Assembly (NCBI GenBank): GCA_965644295.1
Contig: CBFFRP010000138.1
Span: 124,001-188,000 of the forward strand
Source: Paraphysomonas bandaiensis
Lineage: Eukaryota; Protista; Chrysophyceae
Direction of reading: 5' to 3'
DNA: 64,000 nucleotides
Part shown: piece by piece, positions 11,888-30,142 of the stretch
How the letters are laid out: each line of letters begins with the position of its first letter
How positions within the stretch are numbered: the stretch's first letter is position 1
Notes under the pieces: generated by a model
The model's input: only the letters and a program-made list of their open reading frames with translations
Told to the model about the DNA's origin: nothing
Databases searched by the model: none
Made by a program: the position numbers and the translations under genes

Positions 11888-14666
11888 TAGGAAGTAGGGT
11901 CCCAACTAATGCCGATTTCAGATTTTTTGGTTCCTGCTTGTGCCGATTTTTTTTATAGAAAAGTGCACGATTGGTATGAAGATTAACTGACTTCAGGCAG
12001 ATCTCTCATACATACATGCACTGAGTCACACATTGCACATAAGGTTGCACATTATACTGCGCACCATTCATATCAGACAATGTCACAACAGTATCAATGT
12101 AAGCTCGTGCCCAATACATAACGTAGGGGCTCTGAATCCATGCCGTTGTTGGGACCATCGACCAGTCAGCAGCGATATCGCAACAACAAGGGATCATCCT
12201 GACTATGTGCCTCATAGGACAGTAGTGAATCGTGTACTTTGATCATTGGGAGACTCGCCTTTGCCTGATAAAGTATCTAGGAAGGATGGAAACATACCAA
12301 CTATGACCAGAGAGGTATGACTGGGGTTAAGCTCCTTTCTCTACGGTGAATCTACACTCTGAAGGAGCGCAAAATATTTGTTTGCAAGGTAGTTGTTATT
12401 TTGTTCTTATCTACTTGTGTATATGTCTACGATTTATAATATCATGTATATCTAGTTGCCTTGTTGAAGGGTGTCATCTCCACAACTGGAAGAGAAATCA
12501 TACTGGAAAAGTATGGTGCTGTATTGTACACACAAATCGATGATAGGGCACAGTTTCGGGATATTCTTCGGTTAGACTTTGGTAGTACCGAAGATGCGTC
12601 CTCTTTTCGCTACTTCTGCAAAAGACCCTCCAACTACATCATTGTGGATATGGTCTTCCCTCTTGGTCGTACCCAGAGCCATATTTCCAACAGCATTGAC
12701 CGCGATATTATGGCCTCGACGTCTGAACTTCTGGACCGATTAGACGTCTGATCTTCATAAGCGCTTCATGTAGGAAGTACTACATGTGCATTCACATTCA
12801 TGCGGTTGGAAGAGGCCTATTGCGGCAAGAGTTCAATTCGCTCCAACTTTATGGTTCCCGGAAAGCTTTGAAATCCAGTGACGCCAGGCTTCTCCAGACA
12901 TTCGGACTGTTCTGTCGCTGGTTTCTCACAGGAGCGCCAGGTGGCTGTGGAAGAGCAGCCGGGGATGAAACACATGGTATTATGTGGAGCCGTATGAGGG
13001 GGGTTCAGACTTCTGCCTTCTCATCAAGAGCACCACGGCATATTTCCATGAGAAGGGCTGGATCACCCCCGCCCGCGAATACTAATATTTGTAGTAGTTT
13101 GTATGTTTATATCATGTAAACGATGTGTGAACTGCACACCTTTACACCTGCCATATGTGAACAACTACACACCACATTTTTCTCCTATAAGAGTACTCAT
13201 TATAAATATCTCCTATACTCATTATTAATTTCTTTTAATACTTGAATCTTATTTCCACTACTACTTACAAGGGTTGCGAAAAAATTAATTGGTGAGATGC
13301 AAACACTACCCAAGAACCCAATTATTGTCGTTGCAATTAATTGCCTTCTATTCTAGTGCTTGATTTTAACATAGCTTGCACTACTTACTTCTGCTAGCTA
13401 CCTTCGCCCTCAACAAAGTCGGAATCGCACCTTTTATTCTGAGTTCTCCGGGAAACTAACGTGAGCCCCATATATAGTAAGCAGATATTGTTCTGCCCAC
13501 TCATAGCAGAATGTTTGTGTGATACACGGGACAAAATAGTGTCACTTCTCGTATAAACGTCTTTGGGCCTTGACTATTAAACAGACATCCGGGAATGGGC
13601 CCACCTCAAGAGTATCTGGGGTATTGGACTGCATACTGAAGCCATGCATCCGGGCTATTCATCTTAAGGACAGAGAGGGAAAGTGGCTGCACCATGGTGC
13701 TTGTGGTGACGCACAAGCAGCTTTCGTAGCGCCAAATAGTAGGATATCTTAGTTAAGCACTAGTTAATTATATTGCTTGGCTAAATTAGTGCTGACTCTT
13801 ACATGCCTACTGCTAATAATCAGACATTCACTACTAGCTACTTTCGCAAAATCTATCTACTGAATTGATCCGAAGTCACCAATCAGCATCATCTGAACAC
13901 TGGCCAGTGGATAGTCCCTTTCCAGCGCTTACAGTGCATTCCAACACGCGTTTCGTCGACCAATGTGTCAAATATAGTGATATATATTCTTTTACCATTA
14001 CTAACATCACCATCACTATCTGAAATGTCGGAATTGCTGCCCATATGATTGCATAGGTGTCAACCTCTAGTATTGAGGTAGGTGCATTGCTTTGGATTAA
14101 TAGGAACGTAATGATGATATCATACAAAATTCATACACAATTATGAGTGCACAGTATCTACAGAGCTACATTCTACAAACAGACAGGCTGTGTAGAGTCA
14201 TGTGATGTTTGTATTCCAAGTGACACACACAGTCATGTGTGCAGCATAGAGTCTTAAATATCGGGCTACACTCAATGTTTTGAGGGAATTAGGTCTCGGA
14301 TTCGAGTCCAGCACTATTGAATTAGTACAGAATGCTGTTTGTGTCCTCAGAGTCACATGGTGTGTTGATGTATCGTGTAGAGTGTGTGAAGGACTGTCAT
14401 CAGTGGAGTGAGGAGGGTCATGAAAACCGGCACTAATAGGATCCTAAAAAAAAAGATAACTGAAAAACCCCTTAAGGGCACTCACTTTGGACATGAATAA
14501 CTCGAGATCCAAATCATGAATCAAGCTGGTCAATTATAATGCATCTCACACAAAATCATTCCACATCTGATGACGTATTTGCTAACGTCATCGCCACTCT
14601 GTGACTGAAACTGTGATTGACTGAAAACACCTAAAAAACCGGCATTAGTGGGGACCCTACTTCCTA
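11888..14666. mobile_element. Non-autonomous DNA transposon with 27-bp TIRs
   Basis: TAGGAAGTAGGGTCCCAACTAATGCCG (11888-11914) pairs with CGGCATTAGTGGGGACCCTACTTCCTA (14640-14666). Absent at the paralogous site near 5323. Confidence 0.8.
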
Positions 14667-14792
14667 CCAGTGCAGTCTGTATATGATGCATCATACTGCT
14701 GTATGTTCAGGAGGGCAGTGTGTTGATGTATCCTCATATACGATTCGTAGTGTAGTTCTAGTCAGAGTGTATGTATGTCAATCTTGTAGTGC

Positions 14793-16316
14793 ATGTATAT
14801 GAGCCTCACACACCCTCAGCGTATTATCAGTGTTGACATGTCGAGTATAGCTGATCTTAATGATGATGTTCTTCGTCTGATCATCTCTATGATCCCACCC
14901 TCAGCTCTCCTTCCTGTGATGATGACTTGTAAGAGACTTCACGATATGGCTGATAGCACGAGAGACAAGAGCAGAGAGAGACTTGAGTCACGTGCATCTC
15001 ACTACTGTATGACCAACTCAATGGTCTCATGGGCTCTGTCTATGGGCTGCCCACACATGCTTATAATGAATGGATGCGCACTATACGGCAGAATACAGCA
15101 GATGGAATTCCTCATAAGGCATCGTACACATACAGAGGACCCAACACACATATGGGATACAAAGACATACAATATGGCTGCAAGGGGTGGACACTTGGAT
15201 GTGCTGAAGTGGCTTCGTTCACAGGACCCTCCTTGTCCATGGGGTGCAGAAACTTGTGAAATAGCTGCTATGGGTGGTCACTTGTATGTTCTGAAGTGGC
15301 TTCGTTCACAGGACCCTCCATGTCCATGGGATGCAGGAACTTGTGAAATGGCTGCTATGGGAGGACATTTTGATATTCTTAAGTGGCTTCGTTCACCGGA
15401 CCCTCCATGTCCATGGCGTGAACGGACTTGCCGCGAAGCTGCAATGGGTGGACATTTTGATATTCTTAAGTGGCTTCGTTCACAGGACCCTCCTTGTCCA
15501 TGGGATGAAGAAACTTGTGATAAGGCTGCTTTGGGTGGGCACCTGGATGTTCTGAAGTGGCTTCGTTCACAGGACCCTCCTTGTCCATGGAGTGCAGACA
15601 CATGCCGCGAAGCTGCTAGGGGTGGACACTTGGATGTGCTGAAGTGGCTTCGTTCACAGGACCCTCCATGTCCATGGAATGCATTAACTTGTGAAATGGC
15701 TGCTATGGGTGGACATTTTGATATTCTTAAGTGGCTTCGTTCACAGGGCTCTCCATGTCCATGGGATGCATATACTTGTAGTATGGCTGCTATGGGTGGT
15801 CACTTGGATGTTCTGAAGTGGCTTCGTTCACAGGACCCTCCATGTCCATGGGATGTAGACACTTGTGATAAGGCTGCTTTGGGTGGTCACTTGGATGTTC
15901 TGAAGTGGCTTCGTTCACAGGATCCTCCATGTCCATGGGACGCACGTTCTTGTGAAATGGCTGCTCGTGCTAGACACTTGTATGTTCTGAAGTGGCTTCG
16001 TTCACAGGACCCTCCTTGTCCGTGGGATGCACGTTCTTGTGAAATGGCTGCTCGTTCTAGCCACTTGTATGTGCTGAAGTGGCTTCGTTCACAGGACCCT
16101 CCATGTCCATGGGATACACGGACTTGCGGCGAAGCTGCTATGGGAGGACACTTGTATGTTCTTAAGTGGCTTCGTTCGCAGGACCCTCCTTGTCCATGGG
16201 ATGCACAGGCTTGTAGTATGGCTGCTTGTACTGGTCAATTGGGTGTGCTGAAGTGGCTTCGTTCACAGGACCCTCCTTGTCCTTGGGACGCACGGACTTA
16301 TGATCATGGCTACTAG
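14793..16316 (+). CDS. F-box + ankyrin-type repeat protein, copy 4 (13 repeats)
   Basis: Same architecture as copies 1-3. Confidence 0.88.
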   Translation: MYMSLTHPQRIISVDMSSIADLNDDVLRLIISMIPPSALLPVMMTCKRLHDMADSTRDKSRERLESRASHYCMTNSMVSWALSMGCPHMLIMNGCALYGRIQQMEFLIRHRTHTEDPTHIWDTKTYNMAARGGHLDVLKWLRSQDPPCPWGAETCEIAAMGGHLYVLKWLRSQDPPCPWDAGTCEMAAMGGHFDILKWLRSPDPPCPWRERTCREAAMGGHFDILKWLRSQDPPCPWDEETCDKAALGGHLDVLKWLRSQDPPCPWSADTCREAARGGHLDVLKWLRSQDPPCPWNALTCEMAAMGGHFDILKWLRSQGSPCPWDAYTCSMAAMGGHLDVLKWLRSQDPPCPWDVDTCDKAALGGHLDVLKWLRSQDPPCPWDARSCEMAARARHLYVLKWLRSQDPPCPWDARSCEMAARSSHLYVLKWLRSQDPPCPWDTRTCGEAAMGGHLYVLKWLRSQDPPCPWDAQACSMAACTGQLGVLKWLRSQDPPCPWDARTYDHGY

Positions 16317-17330
16317 GGGTGGACACTTGTATGTTCTGAAGTGGCTTCGTGTACAGGACCCTCCATGTCCATGGGATGCAGACACTTGCCGCGAAGCTGC
16401 TATGGGAGGACACTTGGATGTGCTGAAGTGGCTTCGTTCACAGGACCCTCCTTGTCCATGGGATGCACGTTCTTGTGAAATGGCTGCTCGTTCTAGCCAC
16501 TTGTATGTGCTGAAGTGGCTTCGTTCACAGGACCCTCCATGTCCATGGGATACACGGACTTGCGGCGAAGCTGCTATGGGAGGACACTTGTATGTTCTTA
16601 AGTGGCTTCGTTCGCAGGACCCTCCTTGTCCATGGGATGCACAGGCTTGTAGTATGGCTGCTTGTACTGGTCAATTGGGTGTGCTGAAGTGGCTTCGTTC
16701 ACAGGACCCTCCTTGTCCTTGGGACGCACGGACTTATGATCATGGCTACTAGGGGTGGACACTTGTATGTTCTGAAGTGGCTTCGTGTACAGGACCCTCC
16801 ATGTCCATGGGATGCAGACACTTGCCGCGAAGCTGCTATGGGAGGACACTTGGATGTGCTGAAGTGGCTTCGTTCACAGGACCCTCCTTGTCCATGGGAT
16901 ACGCGGGCTTGTAGTATGGCTGCTTGTACTGGTCAATTGGGTGTGCTGAAGTGGCTTTGTTCACAGGACCCTCCATGTCCATGGGATGCACGGAATTGTG
17001 ATCATTGCTACTAGGGGTGGACACTTGGATGTGCTGAAGTGGCTTTGTTCACAGGACCCTCCTTGTCCATGGGATGCATGGGCTTGTAGTATGGCTGCTT
17101 GTACTGGTCACTTGGGTTGCTGAAGTGGCTTTGTTCACAGGGCCCTCCATGTCCATGGGATACACGGACTTGCGGCGGAGCTGCTATGGGAGGACACTTG
17201 GATGTGCTGAAGTGGCTTCGTTCACAGAACCCTCGTTGTCTATGGAGTATAGATACGTGGAATGTGGCTTGTAGTAGTGGATACTTGTATGTGCTGAAGC
17301 GGTTTCGTTCACAGGATCCTCAATGACGAT
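16317..17330 (+). pseudogene. Out-of-frame ankyrin repeat tail downstream of the copy 4 stop
   Basis: About 11 more 87-bp repeats with +1 insertions near 16741 and 17003. Includes a 436-bp (5x87+1) tandem duplication. Confidence 0.8.
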
Positions 17331-19481
17331 GTAGAAACTTGCAATAGGGTTGCTAGTGGAGGTACATTCACAATGGGAGGAGGGGCATTTTTCGAATCTG
17401 TAGTGGTACACACTGGTAGTATAAGCTGGTGGCATCCACTGGCTGCACCCCTATTATACCTTGTAGTATTTTTTATTCACTGGTAGTAGAAAGTGGTAGT
17501 ATCAACTGGTCGCATCTGCTGATTGCACTCCTATTTATACTATAGTGTTTATAATATAATTAGGTATTCTCCAAGATTATTTCATGAAATTAAAAAAATG
17601 ATAATTTACTTTTTAGTATCACAATATACCTCATACTATCCCTTATAAGTACGATAGGTACAGATACTGTATAGTAACAAAGACTGGCGGTTGTTAACAC
17701 CGAATTATGGCGAACCCCGGTTTGATAACCTTGGTAACGGCTCGCAATGCATCAACAGGTTGTATCACGACTAGCACACTACATACAAGTGTAGAAGCAA
17801 TATATTATTCTTGCTGCCCTGCTTGCCACATTCCGAGAGCGTGCCCTAGACTAGTCAAGTGCTAGTGTTGATTAAGTAAGTATCGTATAGATTATTAATA
17901 AAATTCCAGCGTATTCTTTGTGTGTCGCACCAAGCAAGCTCTGGCTATATCTACACTATACTTTCATAGCATATATGGGATTACGAGAAACTTCGCGCAC
18001 TTTAGGCCTATACTGAGTCATGCATGGTCACGAGAAGCTCCGTGTATTCTTTGTAGATAATAATGGGAAGGTAAACATGATGGTCCTACTAGATATATTA
18101 TATATAGTAACATTGCTTCTAGTGATCTGGTTGTATATGCGGTACTTCTTGGCGAGAATCATTAACTGAGCATCAGGTTGAAGCTTTTAGGCTAAAAAAT
18201 AGAAATCAGTCGATTATTAACACCAAATTATGGCGAACCCCGGTTTGATAACCTTGGTAACGGCTCGCTATGCATCAACAGGTTGTATCACGAATAGCAC
18301 ACAGCACACAAGTGTAGGAACAATGTATTATTAGTATTATTGTTTAGTCTAAAAGCTTCAACCTGATGCTCAGTTTATGATTCTAGCCAAGAAGTACCGC
18401 GTATACAACCAGATCGCTAGAACCAATGTTACTATATATAACATATCTAACTTATAATCTCAGCATAGAGTGATAATCTTGTTCAGTTATGTCATATTCT
18501 AACATAGTTGGCTCAGCTTCCATTTTTAATTTAATATGGACGTCAGCAAAATATAGTAGAAACAAATGGTTACATTTTAGTTTAGTAGGAATGTCGGTTA
18601 AATTTAGTAGGGACAAATACACTACCGTTCAAGAATATGCCACATCTGATACTGAGGATTTATTTTCTATGTGAACTTTATTATAATTACCTAAGAAGTA
18701 TATATTTCTCATTGAATATTACCACTAGCCGTAAATCGCATTTCTCTTCCAAAAAAGCCTTCAATTATAGTGGTAGCATTAACTCTCTCCTATCATTTAT
18801 TTTTACCTATCTCATCTTAGACATTCACGACCTTACAGTGTCACAGAGTTTCAGTTTATTATCATAGCATTTCATTAATTCGTATGATACTGTGCTTAAC
18901 TACCGTATTCGTCACCAACAAGTATGTATTTCAAAATCTACTTTAATACTCTTGTATTATGTGCTCATTATATTGACCGTGGATCATGGTTGTTGCTAAA
19001 TTAACTTTGAAGTGATAAACGTCGGCTTTGTGCTTATTGTATAACACTAACTGCTATTGGTGCTCCTTTTTGCAGACATATAAAATATGATATATTCATA
19101 ATTTATATTCTTTCTATGGGCCTGATAGCACTGTACTTGATATATATAAAAAGAATCACTTGTAGTTATAGATCAGACTGTAAAATACTGATAACCTTGA
19201 TTGTGTATACCGCAGTTCGAATGGGTTCTGATGCTCTTATCCCATTAACACATCAAAACTACTGTATTTACTTACACATAAATATATTTTACACAATCGT
19301 CACAGAGAAGTGGAATACATCATAAACTTTCCAATTTCATATAAATATAAGTGCATGTATTTGAAGTAGATCGATGCATCACATTACGACCTCAGGTCCA
19401 TAGTACACTGCTCGACCAAATGAGGTATCGCTACTATCAACAAACCCTTTCTTGAATGAAATAACGTTATGAGTATTGACA

Positions 19482-21347
19482 TTATTCTTCGCAATACACC
19501 TTATTTCGTGGAGAAGTGCACACAGCGGTCACAAGCTCAGCCTTAGTCCCAACCTCGACACCGCATACATTCTCCGAGTAGAACTTGGTGTATTCCTCGG
19601 AGATAAAGTGAAAGTTATCAATTGTTTCCTGTAGGTCTTTGACCCAACTTTTCGATACAGGTTTACTTAGCCCATCATTTGACTCAGTGCCAAACATGAA
19701 TCTTGAACATATATCGATACCAACTTGCTTAAGGTCTGGAGTATAATGCGGAAGTTCCTTGCATGCTTCCACACCACTCCAGCTATACCCCAAATCCGCG
19801 AACCACTTCTCTCCTTTAAGATCACTGTAGTTTGGTCTATGCAAAGGTCTGACATCAAGAAGTCGACAAAGCACACTCCGACATTCGTAAGATAAAACAC
19901 CGTGCACTTTACTTTCCTGAGGGATGACACTCCAGAGTGTTCGAGGCAGGGAAATGTCATATATGCTGTCGCCACAGGATTCAAACGGAGCATTGCAATT
20001 ATTTCCCGACTCAATATTTATACCATCACAAACACTGGTCACAGGAGTATTCCTTAGTGGCTGGTCGGCGCTATGAGACATCTGATGGTTCTGGATGGAT
20101 ACTTTCTCAGCCACATACTGAGTATCCCTCATTTTGTTCATTGGAGATGGTTCTGGAGAGCTAACGTAATCCAAGGTACACCCCTCTATGGCATCAGCTG
20201 ACCAGCGCGTTAATAGAGATACTGGCATCTCTGGGTATGACATCGGCACACTCAAAGAATGGGACCGCGCAGGCAGCTTCGAGGAGTTCTTGTCATTTCT
20301 CAAGCGGAGCAGAGTTGAGGCGAAGGGAAGCTGAGGTGGTGTCTGCTTGACAGATGCAACAGCGGGCTGCTTGTCACTATCCAGAGTTAAGTTGAAACTC
20401 TTTATATAATGTGATTGCTTTTCCATAGTCTCTTTCAGCTGACGCTGCTCTTCCGCATAATCAATAAATTCGTGTGGACAATGCTTGTAAAACGGGCGCC
20501 TGTTGAATAGTAGCTCGTATGCCAATACACCTGGTATAAAAAATTGTCAACATGCTATGCTTAAGTGCAATAATTCAGCACTCGTTCACAAATGAGTGCG
20601 TTGCAATGGATATACGCACCCTCAAAATAGGTAATAACTAAGTAGCTAGAACTCACCTAGACTCCAATAATCCGACGGCGTACCATGCTGGTGATATTTG
20701 GTGAAGAGCTCAGGTGCCAAATACGGTCTAGTCCCACTAGCCATTTTACACTCAATCACACCAGAGGATGCGAATTCATCACACACGTAAGACACCCCAA
20801 AGTCGGTTAGCATGGGAAATCCGTGATCATTGTACATCACATTCTCTGGCTTTACATCTCTATTAGCCATACATATACATATTATTATTGTGATGATGCA
20901 ATCTATAAAAAGTTACTACCGGTGCAGAACACCACGTGAGTGAATATGATCAAGAGCAGAGCTCAGGCACATAATAATAAACGCAACTCTCTGTTCAGTG
21001 AATAAACAACCTTTCTTGAGATGGTATCTGAGATCACCACCCACACATAGATCAAGAGCAAGATAAAACGCTTTTGTATCACAAAATGCAAAATGTGCTT
21101 TTACAATAAAAGGATGTTTACCTACAACATGTAATGCATTTAATTCTGTTCGTATTAGTTTTAATCCATTTTTATGAGATAAAACACGTGATATTTTTTG
21201 TTCTTTGATTGCTAACCATTCATTGCTATGTATGTGTTGAGCAGAGTATACTTTACCAAATCCTCCTTTACCGATAATAAAAGAGAATATGAAATGATGA
21301 GGTGATAATGTAGAGTTATGTATGTATTGGGAGGATGTACAGCCCAT
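19482..21347 (-). CDS. AGC-like Ser/Thr protein kinase (3 exons)
   Basis: IGKGGFGKV, AIK, HR|DVKPEN, DFG, GTRPYLAPE, DYWSLG. The MGCTSS N-terminus suggests myristoylation/palmitoylation. Confidence 0.92.
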
Positions 21348-22227
21348 GTTGGATAATCAGGAATAATGATGGATAGAGAAGGTGATTGATGATGGGAATG
21401 AAGGTGAGACATGATGGAAAGAGGGGAGAGTGTGGTTAAGATAAGAGATGAAAGATGGGCTTGGTGGAGATGGTGTATATACACCAGGGGCAGATGATGA
21501 TAGAGAGATATGGTAGATACAGGGATGAGATGGTCGAGGTGTGGGATACGGCCGTGTCTATACATTATATATATACATGCGTATCAGCATCCTTTGTATA
21601 TTTTTGTTCAAAGATGCCTCTAATATTGAGACAACAATTATCTGTATTCCATACGTAGTTTCATATCATTAATATAGAGAATATTTGATTCAATTTATTT
21701 CCGAAAAATAAGATGCTGACTGCCCATACGATAGACATCTACAGTATCGTGTAAGAAAAAGTCGACTTTTTGTTATTTGATCATCAAAAAACAGTATAGT
21801 AGATATACCTACTTTTTCATATGATGATTGATGTAGTGTAAAATCAAGGAAATCATAGGAAAAATAGGGATTTTATGTCATATAGTGTATATGTACTGCT
21901 GCTATACAAAATACAACTTCAATGCAGTCAGTGTTGAAGTATACACTGTATACCAGTATAGTCCCTGTGGCACAGACAGGCCTGCAACTGTATCCTACAG
22001 CATACTATACTAACATATGGAAGTGCTGCATATCCCTGACACACACATACACATACATACATACACTCATACAGTGACACACACGCATCTCTCCATCTCA
22101 TATATATATACATTAACCCACAGGAAGACTCTTATCTTCAATCCTATACACAATAGGATAGATAACGAATTATCCTGATTGTATTCCATCATTTTCTCTA
22201 TCAATTACACGTGCAATTACCTGAAAT

Positions 22228-27714
<5,487 letters not shown>

Positions 27715-27868
27715 GCCCCTACTGCATCCTCTGCTGGTGACTCCCAGTATTGTAGAGTGCCTCGGTGTATGCAATATATAGCGATGAATACGTTGTGGGC
27801 ATAATGCGAAAGAGTTATCGGTGGTGGGTGCAGAGGGGCGTGCATTCTCCAGTTTGGAGATCACATAC

Positions 27869-27950
27869 CACAATCTAGAATGACGAACACACTTGTACAT
27901 TTGTGTAGTTTACTGCACGGTTTACACAGAGTGTTTCGATATAGATTGTG
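27869..27950 (+). promoter_or_regulatory. SECIS element (type II-like) in the reductase 3' UTR
   Basis: Helix I CACAATCTA/TAGATTGTG, core ATGAC...CGAT, helix II GAACAC../..GTGTTT, apical mini-helix GTGTAG/CTGCAC. Lies about 155 nt after the stop of a UGA-containing gene. Confidence 0.85.
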
Positions 27951-28250
27951 CTGATAGAGTAATTCGTATTATTTGAATGACGAAACGATAGAGACTGATA
28001 AATATTTTAGATGGCGTTAGCTTCTTACGATTTTATTTACTCTTGCGTTTCTGATAAAATAATACGTGTTTTATTCGTTATGTTCTATTGTTGGAAAAGC
28101 TCATTCTTTAACTACGTAGATCTCTGAGAGAATTTGTCGTTAGAATAGATAGATTAATTAATATCTTTAACACGAATTGTGACTAACAACACAATCTCAT
28201 TTTGCTCCACGCATAGTCTCCTACATGTGTGAACCTCTCGCTACTAAACA

Positions 28251-28321
28251 TATATGCGTAGGCTATAGACTATTGGATTTTATATGTAACTAAATCCAAT
28301 AGTCTATAGCCTACGCATATA
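28251..28321. repeat. Perfect 30-bp inverted repeat with an 11-nt loop
   Basis: TATATGCGTAGGCTATAGACTATTGGATTT / AAATCCAATAGTCTATAGCCTACGCATATA. Confidence 0.95.
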
Positions 28322-29279
28322 CCTTGAAAGTCCAAACCACTTCAGTTTCCCATTATCATTGCAGCAATTGTAATTTGTACATCACCATAATTCACTGTAT
28401 TCTCGTACATTGTCTACAATTGCCACACTGAATACTCCATACTCCAATATATATTATATATTGCATTAATCGACAGGAGACAAATATTACCTCTCATAGC
28501 CTGAATATAATAAATATCGCAACCAATGACTGGCAGTTTAATGTAAAGAATGTACTTCGTAGCACATTATCTACTTCATTGAGTGGTGTCTTCAAATATC
28601 GTTTTTCTTCAAGTAACAGCAAGAATTTAAGTGCTTAATATTGCAAGGCCTGTTTGTGGCCCACCACTATCTCCCTCCCTAGTTTTCAGTGCGTAATGGC
28701 AAATGTGCCGTATGCAGGATGAATTATATAAAATATAAATTTAAACAAGCCCTTTATATATAAGCTACGTAAAGAGATCTTGTTTGTTATTTATATACAG
28801 CATTTGTAGAAAAACCTAACTACCGCGAACGAACCCCTGAACTCAACAGAACAAGAAAAGGGTGTTGCTTGCTTGAGTGCAATTGGTATTTGTGAGTTAT
28901 CGTGAATAGGTTTTACCCAGAAGAGGGGTAAGACTTCAATAACGGTACGATCACTACAGCCCAGTGAAGAGTTTCCCATTTTATAATTACGTTACAACAT
29001 CATGTGATTGCGTAACTTACTTACATATCACGCTAACGAGTAGCAATTCAACTATTCGATAGACGCAGAGTGAATGAACGCACATCTAACATGACAGAAG
29101 TAGTGATATACAACTAATAAGATACACGATACACACTAATGATTATACAATTTGTACTCTCTTTACTTACATTGTCAGATACTTCATAACTCCGATAAAC
29201 TACAGAGATAAATATCAGAATACCCACTTTTATATCACTTATATGACAGGAATCACATGAAACACTACACTTCAGTAGG

Positions 29280-29777
29280 TTACATAAGCATATCACGTGG
29301 GATGATCAGATTCTTAATAGTCTGTCGATTTCCACGAAAGATACTCATGATAGTTGTATGCATAGATGCATACATTTCTTTGGATGTGGCAGATCGTGTA
29401 AACTTCACTTCCTCTGGTGAAGATTTAAAAGATTCAATACACAATTGACGCCATAATATATCCCAATTAGCAGGTTCACGCCACATGGTACATACAGATT
29501 GTGAACAACATAATGAATAACAATCCATGTATTCAAACACTGATAAGATACATTCAAGTGGTAAATCATATATTGTAATTTTCTTAATATTTTGTAGTTT
29601 TTGATTATAAAAATCAAGTTTTTTAGATGGAAAATAGGTTAAAATTATCTCACGTATTGTATGTAATTCAGGATCATTTTGTAAGGCATATTGAAATATA
29701 AATCCATATGGTATAATTTCATATGTTGCATTCATTGTTGGTATATTAATTAATGAAGACTCAGTTGTATGTATCAT
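29280..29777 (-). CDS. Small F-box domain protein
   Basis: IYDLPLECILSVFEYMD..SLC..QSVCTMW......LWRQLC. Confidence 0.8.
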   Translation of the reverse strand: MIHTTESSLINIPTMNATYEIIPYGFIFQYALQNDPELHTIREIILTYFPSKKLDFYNQKLQNIKKITIYDLPLECILSVFEYMDCYSLCCSQSVCTMWREPANWDILWRQLCIESFKSSPEEVKFTRSATSKEMYASMHTTIMSIFRGNRQTIKNLIIPRDMLM

Positions 29778-30142
29778 TATAAGATCGTTTTAATTGGATT
29801 GATATGGAATGAATGTGTATGGAAGAGATTGAAGAGTGATAATGATAAGAAAGAATTGTTGTTATGATATCAGTGTTTAATGGAGTGTGATGATTGTTAT
29901 TATGAGGAAGATGTTGCAACACTCTCACTGTGTATGTATATATATGACAAGTACGCAACTGTGTATGTAAGTATGCATGGGGGGGATGTGCTGTACGGAA
30001 CCCTTAACGGCAATTTCCATATGGAAGAATGCGTTACAAAAATGAATCTTCTCTTAAGTGTATCCAAAAGAACATAAAACAACCAATCAGCATTGAGATA
30101 TTGGTGAGAAAATATTTACAGAACGTTCTTTGTGAAAAATTG

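Larger units (their letters stand above)
980..18660. repeat. Tandem segmental duplication cluster (A-B-A'-B') carrying four F-box/ankyrin genes
   Basis: 980-5323 is near-identical to 7815-11883. Shared upstream blocks recur at about 980, 4328, 7815, 10888 and 18348. Confidence 0.93.

Noticed and set aside
1922-17330. Diversity-generating retroelement behind the ankyrin variation
   Set aside because: Substitutions are not adenine-specific, and there is no TR/VR pair or DGR-type RT. The only RT belongs to the Gypsy element.
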